Below are positions 37,401 to 47,435 of a stretch of DNA of 64,000 bases, piece by piece. The number at the start of each line of letters is the position of its first letter. Positions within the stretch are counted from its first letter, which is position 1. A program made the position numbers and the translations under genes. The stretch comes from Patescibacteria group bacterium (GTDB lineage Bacteria; Patescibacteriota; Doudnabacteria; UBA920). Below the pieces are notes generated by a model, which was given only the letters and a program-made list of their open reading frames with translations, was not told where the DNA came from and made no database searches. The DNA lies in assembly GCA_013387205.1 (NCBI GenBank), contig WARV01000009.1, positions 667 through 64,666 of the forward strand, read 5' to 3'.

Positions 37401-37539
37401 AAATAAAAATTATTTCTTGTATTTTTATTATACGATAATTTAATTATTATAGATAGATTAAGAAATTTTTATACTAACCCGTCATAAGTGTTATAATGAT
37501 TTTATAAGGTTTAGGAGTATCTGCCATTAATAATATTCT

Positions 37540-38580
37540 ATGAAAGCTACTATTTTTCAAGGATCGGGCAAGATTGAAGTGCGGGAAGTGCCGGATCCGG
37601 TTATTCAAAATCCAGATGAGGCTATAGTTAAAATTACATATAGCTGCATTTGCGGTTCTGACTTGTGGTATTATCGCGGACTTAGTCCGCTTGAAGTCGG
37701 CGGCCGCATTGGCCATGAGTTTATGGGGATTGTGGAAGCGGTTGGGGAAAATGTAAAAAATATTAAGCCCGGCGATTTAGTTGTGGCGCCGTTTGTCGCC
37801 TCGGACGGTACGTGTCCCGAATGCCTGGTTGGGCAGACCAGGTTATGCCGCAATTTCAAGTTTTGGGGTACCCAAGGTTATGACGGGGGACAGGGGCAAA
37901 AGGTGCGCGTGCCAATGGCAGACGGAACATTGTTTGTCATACCAAAAGATAAGGCAAAAGACGAGCATATGATGCGGGCGCTATTGCCTCTCTCTGACGT
38001 TTTAGGTACCGGGCATCATGCCGCCGTAAGCGCTGGAGTTAAACAAGGATCTACCGTGGCAGTTGTTGGCGATGGGGCAGTGGGGCTGTGCGCTGTTGCA
38101 GCAAGCAAGAGATTAGGGGCTTTGAGGATATTTTTAGTGAGCACTCATGAAGACCGCGCAGAAATAGGAAAAAAATTCGGTGCGACAGATATTATAGCGG
38201 CACGGGGTGAGGAAGCGATAAGACAAATAAAAGTAGCGACAGGAGATTTGGGAGTTGATTGCGCTTTGGAATGCGTGGGTACGCCCGAATCGTGGGATGC
38301 CTGTTTTGGCGCGGTGCGCAAAGGCGGTAATATTGGTGCGGTGGGGGTGCCTCATGGCGTGGCTGATATCCCTGTTTCCAGAATTTTTACCGCTAACATA
38401 GGAGTAAAAGGCAGTGGTGCGCCGGTGGCCCATTATATCCCGGAGCTGATGCCGGACGTGCTGTCTGGTAAATTAGATGTGTCAGATATTTTCACCAAAA
38501 CTATCCCGCTATCGGACATCGCCCAAGGTTATAAAGATATGGACGAGCGGAAAGAAATAAAAGTTTTGATTAAACTATGA
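37540..38580 (+). CDS. zinc-dependent alcohol dehydrogenase (MDR) family oxidoreductase
   Basis: GHEFMGIVEAVG (catalytic Zn), CPECLVGQTRLC (structural Zn) and GDGAVGLCAV (Rossmann). Confidence 0.9.
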   Translation: MKATIFQGSGKIEVREVPDPVIQNPDEAIVKITYSCICGSDLWYYRGLSPLEVGGRIGHEFMGIVEAVGENVKNIKPGDLVVAPFVASDGTCPECLVGQTRLCRNFKFWGTQGYDGGQGQKVRVPMADGTLFVIPKDKAKDEHMMRALLPLSDVLGTGHHAAVSAGVKQGSTVAVVGDGAVGLCAVAASKRLGALRIFLVSTHEDRAEIGKKFGATDIIAARGEEAIRQIKVATGDLGVDCALECVGTPESWDACFGAVRKGGNIGAVGVPHGVADIPVSRIFTANIGVKGSGAPVAHYIPELMPDVLSGKLDVSDIFTKTIPLSDIAQGYKDMDERKEIKVLIKL

Positions 38581-38616
38581 AATTAACAATACTTTATAGA
38601 AATAACAAAAAACATC

Positions 38617-39459
38617 ATGACAACCATTAAGGCTTTCATAGAGCGCCACTCGCTGCCGATATATTTTATACTAACGTTCGCTATCTCTTGGGGCGGCATT
38701 CTGTTCATGGTTGGCCCTGGCGGAATCCCGGGTTCGCCGGTGCAAACCGCAAAGCCTCCATATGTGTATTCGGTTTTACTCTTTGGTCCCAGCGTAGCTG
38801 GTATCCTGTTGACCGGACTTGTCCGCGGAAGGGCGGGCTATCGCGAATTACTGTCCCGGTTATTCAGGTGGAGGGTGAGTGCCCGCTGGTACGCAATAGC
38901 TCTCCTGACTGCTCCGCTTTTGACAATGGCGGCACTTCTTGCGCTTTCGCTTGCTTCCCCGACTTTCCTTCCTGGCATATTCACCTCTGGTAATAAGGCC
39001 TCCATGCTGCTGGTTGGTATCGCGCTGGGGCTTACTGTCGGTATTTTTGAAGAGATCGGCTGGACAGGGTTTGCTATCCCTAAGCTTAAACAGCGCTATG
39101 GCGTGCTAACTACAGGGCTCGTTGTGGGTTTCTTATGGGGCGCGTGGCACTTTATTATGTTTTGGGAAAGCGACAGTTTTTCCAGGGCACTTCCTCTAAC
39201 TCTCTTGCTGGTGCGCCTATTTTCCTGGCTGCCGGCCTATAGGGTGCTCATGGTGTGGGTTTACGACAGGACCGGGAGCCTGCTTTTGGCGATACTTATG
39301 CACGCAAGTCTCGTGGTTAGCCAATTAACCCTCTTGCCTCTGGCGATATCAGGAGCGTTCCTTTTAGCTTCCATCCTTGTATGGGCCGCCGCGCTGTGGG
39401 TCGTCGTGTTCGTTTTTTTGCGAAAAAGACAATTGCCAGAATTGCAAATGGAAACATGA
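38617..39459 (+). CDS. CPBP (CAAX protease/Abi) family intramembrane metalloprotease
   Basis: Multi-TM with GIFEEIGWTGF (EExxxR-like motif) and LWGAWHF (FxxxH). Confidence 0.65.
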   Translation: MTTIKAFIERHSLPIYFILTFAISWGGILFMVGPGGIPGSPVQTAKPPYVYSVLLFGPSVAGILLTGLVRGRAGYRELLSRLFRWRVSARWYAIALLTAPLLTMAALLALSLASPTFLPGIFTSGNKASMLLVGIALGLTVGIFEEIGWTGFAIPKLKQRYGVLTTGLVVGFLWGAWHFIMFWESDSFSRALPLTLLLVRLFSWLPAYRVLMVWVYDRTGSLLLAILMHASLVVSQLTLLPLAISGAFLLASILVWAAALWVVVFVFLRKRQLPELQMET

Positions 39460-39525
39460 TCTATATTAAATTGAAAAACAGGCTGACAAAATCAGCCTGT
39501 TTTTTTGGTTTGCAAACTGGAAGAA

Positions 39526-40191
39526 TTAAGTTTCACTTTCTTTTGTATGCAAAAGCGTAATAGATAATATTGCCGTCCATAGCATAGGTGAGTAGACGCT
39601 AATGCGTTCCATAACGCCCATCCACGGAGTGGGCAATTGCGCCACCATCTTGGGAGCTTGCATTCCCGTAAGAGCCCCAAAAACTAGCATGGCTAAGATT
39701 GTCAGGACAGAATATAGGCGAAACCATTTCCCATTCACGCCAGAACCAAAGGCAATGAAAGCTACCATAAGAGGAACGGTAATGGCTGTCATGACTATGT
39801 GCATGGTATCGGTAGCAGACCCCAAGGCTCCGCGCAAGTGCATTGGGAAAAACAGCCAAGCAAATCCTAGAATACCCCATATCGTCAGCAGGATTCCCGC
39901 AATACGCAGAGCGCGCTTCTCCTTGGATAATATCCAAACGCCTATTCCGAACGCTGCAACAAGAGGGTTAAACAAAAAACTCATGGCGATCCATGTGGTT
40001 CTGGTCGGGGCTCCGATTGCCGACAGTTCGCTGATGGTTTGAGAGGTGTAGCTATAACTTGTCCAGCTTAATGCCAGCAGTGTATCGGTAATAATATAGA
40101 GCAGCGCCGCAACAATGCCGCAAATGAGCAGGGGCTTAATAACAGCAGTCCGTTTTAGGGCCGTTTGATTGGCTGGTATCTGGTTTTCCAT
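39526..40191 (-). CDS. DUF998-like membrane protein
   Basis: Six TM helices with an ISELSAIGAPT motif region. Confidence 0.5.
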   Translation of the reverse strand: MENQIPANQTALKRTAVIKPLLICGIVAALLYIITDTLLALSWTSYSYTSQTISELSAIGAPTRTTWIAMSFLFNPLVAAFGIGVWILSKEKRALRIAGILLTIWGILGFAWLFFPMHLRGALGSATDTMHIVMTAITVPLMVAFIAFGSGVNGKWFRLYSVLTILAMLVFGALTGMQAPKMVAQLPTPWMGVMERISVYSPMLWTAILSITLLHTKESET

Positions 40192-40372
40192 ATAAATTTT
40201 TTATGTTATTGATGACATCTTAAGTTTAAATCTGAATTTTTATTTATGCAAGGCTTAAGGGTAAAACTATGGGATTAAAAATGCCAAATCGGCAGATTTA
40301 CCTTCCTGGCCTATTAGTGATAGAATAAAATATATTTAATTAATGGTGTTTATATTCGTTTAAAGAATATAT

Positions 40373-40756
40373 ATGGATATTAAAGCAAAACTTTCAACTT
40401 TGTGGTTATTCGCGACACTTAATTATCTTTATGCCGATGTTGTTGGATTAATGAATCCTGGGCTGCTCAGGCAATACCTGACGGGTACCGTAAACGGCGT
40501 TCATTTTAGCCAAGCGTTCCTATTGGGGGCATCAGTTTTAATAGAAATTCCTATTGCAATGGTCCTGCTGTCGCGGGTATTAAAATATGCTCCAAATCGG
40601 TGGGCAAACGTGATTGCAGGCACAATAATGACCGTTGTTCAGTTTGCAACGCTCTTTCTGGGAACACCAGCTTCTTATTATATATTTTTCAGTGTCTTAG
40701 AAATTTTAACCACTTCACTAATTGTCTGGTACGCCTGGCGGTGGCATCAGGCTTAA
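40373..40756 (+). CDS. hypothetical 4-TM membrane protein
   Basis: Hydrophobic throughout; 127 aa. Confidence 0.45.
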   Translation: MDIKAKLSTLWLFATLNYLYADVVGLMNPGLLRQYLTGTVNGVHFSQAFLLGASVLIEIPIAMVLLSRVLKYAPNRWANVIAGTIMTVVQFATLFLGTPASYYIFFSVLEILTTSLIVWYAWRWHQA

Positions 40757-40768
40757 AGTTATTTAATT

Positions 40769-41425
40769 ATGAATAACGATGAAATAAGTTCGTTGAATAA
40801 AACCGCAAGAGTCGCGGGACTGCTGTACCTTTTGGTTGCGATATTTAGCGGCTTCGCAGCGGTTGTCCGTTCTGGTTTGGTCGTATCGGGAGATGCTGCT
40901 GCGACGGTTAGCAACATTCAATCTTCTTTAATGCTATTTCGTTTTGGTATTGTCAGTGATTTGGTAGGACAAGTGTTTCATATTTTTTTGGCTTTGGCTT
41001 TATATGAGCTGTTCAAAACAGTGAATAAAACTCAAGCTTTGCTGATGTTGGTATTAGCTTTGGTGCCGGTTCCCATTGCGATGCTTAATCAGCTTAACCA
41101 ATTTGCTGTCCTGCCGCTTTTGGGCGGCGCTAGCCAATCTCAGGTAATGTTCTTCCTCAATTTACATAACTTTGGGGTGCTTATTGCCCAAATTTTTTGG
41201 GGCCTGTGGCTGTTTCCTTTAGGCTTTCTGGTATTTAAGTCGGGTTTTGTCCCCAAAATTCTCGGGCTGTTTTTAATAATCGCTGGTTTTGGCTATGTCA
41301 TAGACAGCTTTGGTAAATTTCTTTCCCCCAGCTACTCTTTAACCATTTCCGTGTTCACATTTATTGGAGAAGTGCTGTTTCTTTTATGGCTTTTGATTAA
41401 AGGGGTTAAAGTTCCAGCGAGTTAA
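40769..41425 (+). CDS. DUF4386-like membrane protein
   Basis: The N-terminus ARVAGLLYLLVAIFSGFA, and 6 TM helices. Confidence 0.5.
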   Translation: MNNDEISSLNKTARVAGLLYLLVAIFSGFAAVVRSGLVVSGDAAATVSNIQSSLMLFRFGIVSDLVGQVFHIFLALALYELFKTVNKTQALLMLVLALVPVPIAMLNQLNQFAVLPLLGGASQSQVMFFLNLHNFGVLIAQIFWGLWLFPLGFLVFKSGFVPKILGLFLIIAGFGYVIDSFGKFLSPSYSLTISVFTFIGEVLFLLWLLIKGVKVPAS

Positions 41426-41453
41426 AAAATATACGGGAACTGATTGTTTGTTT

Positions 41454-41496
41454 GCCAATAAAAATCACCAATGAGTATTGGTGATTTTTATTGGCT
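41454..41496. terminator. 19-bp perfect stem hairpin (GCCAATAAAAATCACCAAT-GAGT-ATTGGTGATTTTTATTGGC)
   Basis: Lies between convergent genes. The stem core CACCAATG...CATTGGTG recurs at 49.6 kb and as CCACCGATG..CATCGGTGG at 42.2 kb. Confidence 0.6.
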
Positions 41497-41556
41497 CCGC
41501 TGTGTCGGGCAAGCCAGGAAATTTTGTATGCAAGAGTCGATTTATTCCGGGGTTTG

Positions 41557-42036
41557 CTATTTTACCAGAAATTTTTCGAGCTTGTCGAACTGTTGATTGT
41601 AACCCCACTGCATACCCTCGACCGCCATTTTGGCATTTGGTCCGACCTTATTGATTGTGGCTTTTAATGTCATTTTGGTTTTACCGTTATCTTTGGTCAA
41701 AACAAGTTCGACCACTTGATCTATTTCTGTCTCTTCTTCTTCCTGGCCTTCGGTCCAGGCTTTGGCTGTATATGACAGCTTCGAACCGGTCTCTATCAAC
41801 GTAAACCTGCCTTCCATCGGCCATCTCGTGCCTTTGTAAGAACCCGTCGCTTCGCCAGCTTCCATTACAATGTAAATTTTTCCGCCGACCCTGAGGTCAA
41901 CTTCGCATTCTGGAATACTGACATCGTTTGGGCCCCACCACTGTTTCAGCATTTCGGGGTCAGTCCAAGCCTGCCAAACCGACTCCGGTGAGGTGTCAAA
42001 TGTTCGCTCAAACATCACTTCTTTAATTGGTTCCAT
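41557..42036 (-). CDS. SRPBCC/AHSA1-like domain protein
   Basis: MEPIKEVMFERTFDTSPESVWQAWTDPEMLKQWWGP is the Activator-of-Hsp90-ATPase-like/SRPBCC start. Start set at MEPIK, preceded by the SD AAGAAGGAGAAAA. Confidence 0.75.
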   Translation of the reverse strand: MEPIKEVMFERTFDTSPESVWQAWTDPEMLKQWWGPNDVSIPECEVDLRVGGKIYIVMEAGEATGSYKGTRWPMEGRFTLIETGSKLSYTAKAWTEGQEEEETEIDQVVELVLTKDNGKTKMTLKATINKVGPNAKMAVEGMQWGYNQQFDKLEKFLVK

Positions 42037-42180
42037 ATTTTTCTCCTTCTTGCCAGCCCTGGTCCGACTCAGGCGGACGACGGGTCTGTTAATCGATTTA
42101 AAATTCTTATCTAATGACGAAAAAAGGGGCATAACCCGTCGTTAATCAAACAGTCACCTGAGTGATTTTTATTATACAAT

Positions 42181-42213
42181 CAAAATCCACCGATGCGCAT
42201 CGGTGGATTTTGA
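42181..42213. terminator. hairpin CAAAATCCACCGATG-CG-CATCGGTGGATTTTG
   Basis: Perfect 15-bp stem upstream of the SRPBCC gene. Confidence 0.45.
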
Positions 42214-42268
42214 CGGCTTACTTCGTTGGCAGTATTAGAACCTGCTTCTTAGAAGTTATTGCCCCGGA

Positions 42269-42667
42269 TTATTTTTTAGAGTTATCCTTCATAGCCTTGA
42301 GGCTCGCTCGGACAAGCTTCTTTATAAGCGCCACCGGTATCTTTTTATCTGCCGGGAAGCTGACAATGGCCGTTGTTGTAGGATAGCCGGCGAGCTCTTT
42401 TTTGTGATTTTTTATCACCGGAGGCCATACATGCAAACGCATAAACGGCTCCTTAAAACTGAACCAAACGAACATGCCGTTATACGCGTAGTCTCCGGTA
42501 TAAAAATATCCAGGTATTTGGAAATAGTTGACCGTCTCAACGGCATCGGGGGCGACCTGCCGTATAGCCGCCCTTGTATCCTTTAAGGTAGCTTGGGCGT
42601 TTTTCGGACACTTGGCGATGTAGCTTTCCACGCCGCCGGGTTTAATATCAGATTTCTTTTTTGCCAT
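42269..42667 (-). CDS. DUF1801 (YdhG-like) domain protein
   Basis: 132 aa; VESYIAKCP ... FSFKEPFMRLHVWP pattern. Confidence 0.6.
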   Translation of the reverse strand: MAKKKSDIKPGGVESYIAKCPKNAQATLKDTRAAIRQVAPDAVETVNYFQIPGYFYTGDYAYNGMFVWFSFKEPFMRLHVWPPVIKNHKKELAGYPTTTAIVSFPADKKIPVALIKKLVRASLKAMKDNSKK

Positions 42668-42819
42668 AATTATTTTTCAAATTTCAAAGCAAAATTATAA
42701 ACAATTATTTGTTATTTGTATTATATCACGGCTTCGAACGTCTCACTTGGGTAAATAAAAATCATCCATTTTTATGAGTGGCTTTTTATTGCTCGGGAGG
42801 GGAATTTTGAATCTATAAC

Positions 42820-42846
42820 AAACGGCTAAATCGGGGATTTAGCCGT
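42820..42846. terminator. conserved-stem hairpin family copy 4
   Basis: AACGGCTAAATCGGGGATTTAGCCGTT, downstream of the DUF2207 gene. Confidence 0.6.
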
Positions 42847-42866
42847 TGATTTGAACATATTTTAAT

Positions 42867-44618
42867 TTACCAGCCTCCTCCACCGCCGCCCCCGCCTCCA
42901 CCACCAGAGCCGCCGCCGGAAAAGCCGGAACCGGAGCCGGGTGGGGTTGAGGCCGCGGCTACTGCGCCGGTAAAGGATTTGCCGACTGTGGAAGCAAAAT
43001 CGTTCGCGCTAAAGTGGGTCAAGGAACCGTAATACCAGAGGGGTGCGTATTTGACTCCTCGGTTATCTAAGCGGGCAAAGACTTCGGCGAATTGCTGGGC
43101 CCACTGGTGCTCCACGTCCAAAGCTAAAGCATAGGGCAGTATCTTTTCAAATAGTTCGGGGGTCTTTTCCGGCGGATTGTGAAAGTTCAGCCGATCTTTT
43201 TCCGTGACAGTCAAAAACCACTTAAAGCCTTCTATCTCATCTGCCAATTTTCGGCCTTCTAAGGTATAAGCTCTCATTAACCAGGCAAAGATGATGTTTA
43301 CTGCCACCATTGCCAGAATGAAAATCGGCCAAAACATTATCGGCAGAAGAGAGTCAACGCTAAAGCGTACAAAAACGGCTGATATTATGGCTAAGGCAAC
43401 CACACCCAAAGACAGAAGAGCGCCTCCGACCACGACCAGAATATTCCTGGAAAAAAATTGCCTGCCTGCCTGCTCCTTTAAGGAGTCGGCGAATTTTTCA
43501 CGGATCTTTAAGGTCTCGGTCGCGTTTTCTTTTTCCAGTTTGTAAGAATCGGCGCCGGAGAAAAATTCATCCATCAATATCTGTTCTTCTTTCGGCAATT
43601 CAATTTGGGGTGCCTCGCTCTTTTTGGTTAAGGTGTAGGTCTTACTCCAAAACAAGCCTTTTACTTCTGTAACAGTCAGCTTGTTTCTAACTCCCAAATC
43701 GATGATGGCCGAAGCGAACGCACGGTTATCATTACCCATGCGGTTTATGAAGCGGAGCAGACCAGGCGAAAATCCGCACGGCGGCTCGTAATAGGGGATT
43801 ATGGTTCCCTTTTTGGGGTCGCGTCCGTGCTTATTCCACATATATAGATAGAAAGCCAAGACCAGCAAGAAGCCCAAAATACCGACAATGTAATCTGAGT
43901 TCGCCTTAAGTCCGGCCCAAAGGTTTTGGGCTTTAGTGGGAGGTGTAATATAGCCTTTTGGCCAGCCGACCGCTATGGTCAATCCTTCATTGGGACCAAG
44001 CGGGCGGGTGGTCTTGAATTCCGCGACGGAGTTGCCGGTTACGGTCGCCATGCCATCCTTTGCAGTTGAACCTTGTCTGCCAGTGTAAAGCGCGGTCGTA
44101 ATTTTCTCTTTGGGGATGTCGTTGGGAAGCTTGATTGTGGCTGTGGCCGAATCGATAGGGAAGACCCAGCCGTTTCCAGTGACGTTCCAATAAAGCTCGT
44201 CGTGGTCCTGGAAAAATCCCAACTGCCGGTCGGTTTTGTAAGTTAAAACATATTCCTGTTCGCCTAAGGGGACCAAGGTATCTTTTTTGCCTATGTATAT
44301 CCTCAGTCCGTTGCCTCCGCGCTCAATGTGATATTGTTCTGCCATTCCATCACGTTTGGCATCCAATAGCTCAAACCCCACTTGGTAGCGGTGACCTAAT
44401 TGGTCTTTGTAAGCGATGGGGAAATCGCGGTAAATGCCGTGGTTGATCTGCTGGTGCGCACTTATTACTTTGATGGTCTCCGTCACTATCATGGAGGAAT
44501 CTGCCTTCACTTCTATCTTACTGTCATATGAAAGGATGCGCTCTTGGGTTTGAGCGCTGGTCAGCAGGGGAAAGGTCAAAAGTATAGCACAAAGACTGAT
44601 CTTAAAGAATTTAATCAT
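42867..44618 (-). CDS. DUF2207-like membrane protein with Gly-rich C-terminal tail
   Basis: Signal/TM, a large extracellular N-domain, a mid TM cluster and the C-terminus [23 protein letters not shown] typical of this family. Start set at MIKFFK. Confidence 0.65.
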   Translation of the reverse strand: MIKFFKISLCAILLTFPLLTSAQTQERILSYDSKIEVKADSSMIVTETIKVISAHQQINHGIYRDFPIAYKDQLGHRYQVGFELLDAKRDGMAEQYHIERGGNGLRIYIGKKDTLVPLGEQEYVLTYKTDRQLGFFQDHDELYWNVTGNGWVFPIDSATATIKLPNDIPKEKITTALYTGRQGSTAKDGMATVTGNSVAEFKTTRPLGPNEGLTIAVGWPKGYITPPTKAQNLWAGLKANSDYIVGILGFLLVLAFYLYMWNKHGRDPKKGTIIPYYEPPCGFSPGLLRFINRMGNDNRAFASAIIDLGVRNKLTVTEVKGLFWSKTYTLTKKSEAPQIELPKEEQILMDEFFSGADSYKLEKENATETLKIREKFADSLKEQAGRQFFSRNILVVVGGALLSLGVVALAIISAVFVRFSVDSLLPIMFWPIFILAMVAVNIIFAWLMRAYTLEGRKLADEIEGFKWFLTVTEKDRLNFHNPPEKTPELFEKILPYALALDVEHQWAQQFAEVFARLDNRGVKYAPLWYYGSLTHFSANDFASTVGKSFTGAVAAASTPPGSGSGFSGGGSGGGGGGGGGGGW

Positions 44619-45065
44619 ATAAGTTGTTTTTGTCTCCGGCTTAATAAATGGAGTTACGAGACTATTAAGGTTGGGCCGCACATTAAAATGACGGCAAAAG
44701 GTGCATGAAAAGCGGGAATATCATCATCCAACCGCCAAATCCCTCAAGGACGTCAAAGGCGAATATGGAAATGAAAAAAACAAAGGCCAAAGACAATATC
44801 CTCGGCAACCGGATTACGGTTTGTTTTGTGCTTGGTATGGAATTACAGCAAAGTGCTTACGAATCTGCCGATGTAGTAAGGCCAGATTACGATGGCCAGC
44901 ACGCCCTGCCAGAACGAGAGATGTAGAAAGCCGATGGTGAAGATCCACGCGGCAAACCAGGAAAAGGCGGTAAAACTATGGTTTTCGATTTTAATTTTTT
45001 CCATAGTTTAATTATAACATATCTCAAAAACTCGCAGCCTGTTCGAATCCTGTTGTTGAATGCAT

Positions 45066-45100
45066 TGAAAAACAGACTACGTAAAAGTAGTCTGTTTTTC
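45066..45100. terminator. intrinsic terminator hairpin with flanking A/T runs
   Basis: GAAAAACAGACTAC-GTAAAA-GTAGTCTGTTTTTC. Confidence 0.8.
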
Positions 45101-45204
45101 AATGGCTCAACTTAAGTCTTCAAAGTCAGAACCAAGATTCGGGAGAGCAAGGGATATATTTATATACCAGACCTAGCAATGCAGGGTTGGATTTAGTTTG
45201 TCAA
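45101..45204. repeat. conserved ~105-nt intergenic element, copy 1
   Basis: AATGGCTCAACTTAAGTCTTCAAAGTCAGAACCAAGATTCGGGAG ... is ~85% identical to 48729-48833. Both copies lie between a terminator hairpin and the stop of a minus-strand secreted-protein gene. Confidence 0.6.
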
Positions 45205-45206
45205 AA

Positions 45207-45617
45207 TCAAGGGTTAACCGTTATGGTACCAGTATCGCTCTCGTTTAAGTGGTTATGGAAATCCCAAACGCCAGTACGGGCAAACGTAAAAATGTAATCT
45301 TGCCCTGGCGGATAAGAACGATTAGCGTTGAATTCGGGATACGCGTTGTCGTAAGGGTGGGGGCCCGATGCAACCCATAGGCTTGCCGAACTGTCGTTCC
45401 TGAATATTATTTTTTGCCCAGTTTTAACCGTTAACTTGTTTGGCGAAAACCCCTTGTCGGTATAATCAATTGTAATGGGTCTGGAATTTATGGCTGGAAC
45501 TGAAACTGCCGCGGGTTGATTTGGCACAGCGGATTTTTTACTTTTTGCCAAAACCAAACCTGTCCCTGCAACTATCAAAATAATGATACCGACTGTCAAC
45601 GCATAGGTTTTATTCAT
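45207..45617 (-). CDS. cupredoxin-like domain protein (Cupredoxin_1/EfeO-type, no obvious Cu ligand set)
   Basis: N-terminal TM, then YTDKGFSPNKLTVKTGQKIIFRN ... WDFHNHLNESDTGTITV. Confidence 0.55.
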   Translation of the reverse strand: MNKTYALTVGIIILIVAGTGLVLAKSKKSAVPNQPAAVSVPAINSRPITIDYTDKGFSPNKLTVKTGQKIIFRNDSSASLWVASGPHPYDNAYPEFNANRSYPPGQDYIFTFARTGVWDFHNHLNESDTGTITVNP

Positions 45618-45640
45618 AATTGCTCCATGGCAGATTAAAG

Positions 45641-46495
45641 TTATTCAACCTGGACTTTTATAACGTATGGTTTTTGGATATTTGTGGCTGGCCAATAAGG
45701 GATGAAGGTGAAAGAATTGGTAGCAGTAAAACTGACAGTCTTGGAACTGCCTGTGACTATGGTTCCTGTACTTAGGTTTGGGCTCCTAAAATCCAGACCG
45801 CCATGATACGTTTCGTTGGCAGCAACATTAAATTTAATACTGACAATATCTCCTTTACTGGCAGTAATCGTCGTTAAGTTTGCCGAGTTGTCGTTGGCGT
45901 TGACGGTAAAATTCTTTTGAGCTGGGCTCGGCATGCTGGAAGCGGAGACGGATGGCGATGTTTTTACAGGCTGGGAAGTTGGAGAGGTCACCATAGCGGC
46001 TGGTTTAGCAGGTAATCGATTGGCTGATTGTGAGAAGGCGGCTGCAGAGGCCGAGGGTTGGGTAACCACAATAGTTCCGCCCTCGCTGGGATTTAGGTGG
46101 TTATGGTAGCCCCAGCTGCCCACGATATCAAATTTAAAACTCCATGCTTGATTAGGGGCGATATTAGCGCAGGAGTCAAAGGTACTGCCCACACAGCCGC
46201 CAGTGGTTGGGTAACCATTGTGAATAGGGTGGGGGTTGGAAGCCACCCGCGCATCATCTGAAGCTTTATTCTCAAATACCACGGTATCTCCCTTTTTGAT
46301 AGTTAATGTTTTCGGGGAAAATCCGTTATCAGTATACGTAACCACGTTTTGCGCATTTTGCGGGATCGCGGTTATGTTGTTGTTTCCTGCATTTCCCGAC
46401 TGGTTATTCGCGGAAGGCGTGGATTTGGAGTTGCACGCCGCGGCCAACAGCGCCACCAAGCTTAAGGGGATGATAATTTTGTATTTTATATTCAT
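45641..46495 (-). CDS. cupredoxin-like domain lipoprotein + S/T/P-rich C-terminal region
   Basis: Lipobox LLAAC. YTDNGFSPKTLTIKKGDTVVFEN ... WGYHNHLNPSEGGTIVV, paralogous to 45207. Confidence 0.55.
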   Translation of the reverse strand: MNIKYKIIIPLSLVALLAAACNSKSTPSANNQSGNAGNNNITAIPQNAQNVVTYTDNGFSPKTLTIKKGDTVVFENKASDDARVASNPHPIHNGYPTTGGCVGSTFDSCANIAPNQAWSFKFDIVGSWGYHNHLNPSEGGTIVVTQPSASAAAFSQSANRLPAKPAAMVTSPTSQPVKTSPSVSASSMPSPAQKNFTVNANDNSANLTTITASKGDIVSIKFNVAANETYHGGLDFRSPNLSTGTIVTGSSKTVSFTATNSFTFIPYWPATNIQKPYVIKVQVE

Positions 46496-46519
46496 GGCGT
46501 TAGGAATTATTTTTTAAAT

Positions 46520-47182
46520 TTAATATCGCGGAAACGACGGAGCAGAAGGCTGCGGAGCGGAGAAGCGTCTGCTCAAATTTAGCCGAAAGCTGAATCTGCG
46601 GCGGGGAATTATTCTGAGGAAGGACCTGTGCAATGGGGTGAAGAAACGGATAGTTGGCGGATTATAAGACGGAAGCGGGCGATTTTGGTTAGCAGGCGGT
46701 ATATACGGCGGAGGGGGGTTCTGGCCGGGCATCGGCATGTTCATTGTCGGCGGAGGGTTCGTGGGTGGCATTGGAGGATTATTTGGCGGCGGCATAATCA
46801 TTGGGGGCGGGTTAGTTTGGCTGGCAGACATGACAGTGACCGTTCCTGACATTCCAACTCCTCCTGGGCCGCCGTGAAAGCGACAATAGTAGGCAAACGT
46901 GCCAGGCGTGTTGAAGGCGAACATAAATGTCCCGCCAGGGTTGATTGTGCCACTGTCAAACATGCCGTTATCCGCAGTAACCGTGTGCATAAGGTTACTT
47001 TGGTTTGTCCACATCACCGCAGTACCTCGGCTTATGGTTATATTAGCAGGCGAAAACATCATACCCACCATAGCCACGTTCGTCTGGTTGTCAGCTCGGC
47101 CTGGATATGGAGCGATGGCCAAAACCGCCGCAAATATAATTACAGGCAAAAACAATATAGTTGTCTTAGTTCTCATATACAT
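46520..47182 (-). CDS. type-1 blue copper protein (plastocyanin/amicyanin-like) with Pro-rich tail
   Basis: Signal peptide. The ligand set H (LMHTV), C-x2-H-x7-M (YYCRFHGGPGGVGM) is in a ~100-aa beta-sandwich, followed by a PPxP-rich linker. Confidence 0.7.
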   Translation of the reverse strand: MYMRTKTTILFLPVIIFAAVLAIAPYPGRADNQTNVAMVGMMFSPANITISRGTAVMWTNQSNLMHTVTADNGMFDSGTINPGGTFMFAFNTPGTFAYYCRFHGGPGGVGMSGTVTVMSASQTNPPPMIMPPPNNPPMPPTNPPPTMNMPMPGQNPPPPYIPPANQNRPLPSYNPPTIRFFTPLHRSFLRIIPRRRFSFRLNLSRRFSAPQPSAPSFPRY

Positions 47183-47222
47183 TCACCTCCCTTACAAACA
47201 AGCGGTTAATTGGCAATTTACC

Positions 47223-47387
47223 TTAGAACCTATACGAAAAATCCTTCTTGGCTGCAATTGCAGAATTTCGGCCATTCGGCCAAAAAATTTTTCCGCTTAT
47301 CCTGCGGATAAGCATCAAAATTTATTTTGCCCGACTGTCTCGAAATTCTGCAATTTCGCCTAAAAACTATTTTTCTTATAGGTTCTT
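47223..47387. repeat. MITE-like element copy F (TTAGAACCTATACGAAAAAT termini) with inner hairpin GCTTATCC-TGC-GGATAAGC
   Basis: Same type as copy B. It lies directly upstream of the blue copper gene. Confidence 0.8.
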
Positions 47388-47397
47388 GCATAAAAAT

Positions 47398-47430
47398 AAA
47401 GCCGCACAAGAGGCGGCTTTATTACAAATT
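47398..47430 (-). terminator. intrinsic terminator of anti-sigma gene
   Basis: AAAGCCGCCTCTTGTGCGGCTTTATTTTTAT on the minus strand, directly after the stop at 47436. Confidence 0.75.
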
Positions 47431-47435
47431 TTGGT

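Noticed and set aside
44701-45102. Small ORFs 44701-44940(+), 44705-44926(+) and 44887-45102(-), and a possible 53-aa membrane ORF at 44842-45003(-)
   Set aside because: They lie in an intergenic stretch upstream of the DUF2207 gene, without convincing RBS or motifs. The 53-aa minus-strand reading (MEKIKIENHSFTAFSWFAAWIF...) is hydrophobic but unsupported.
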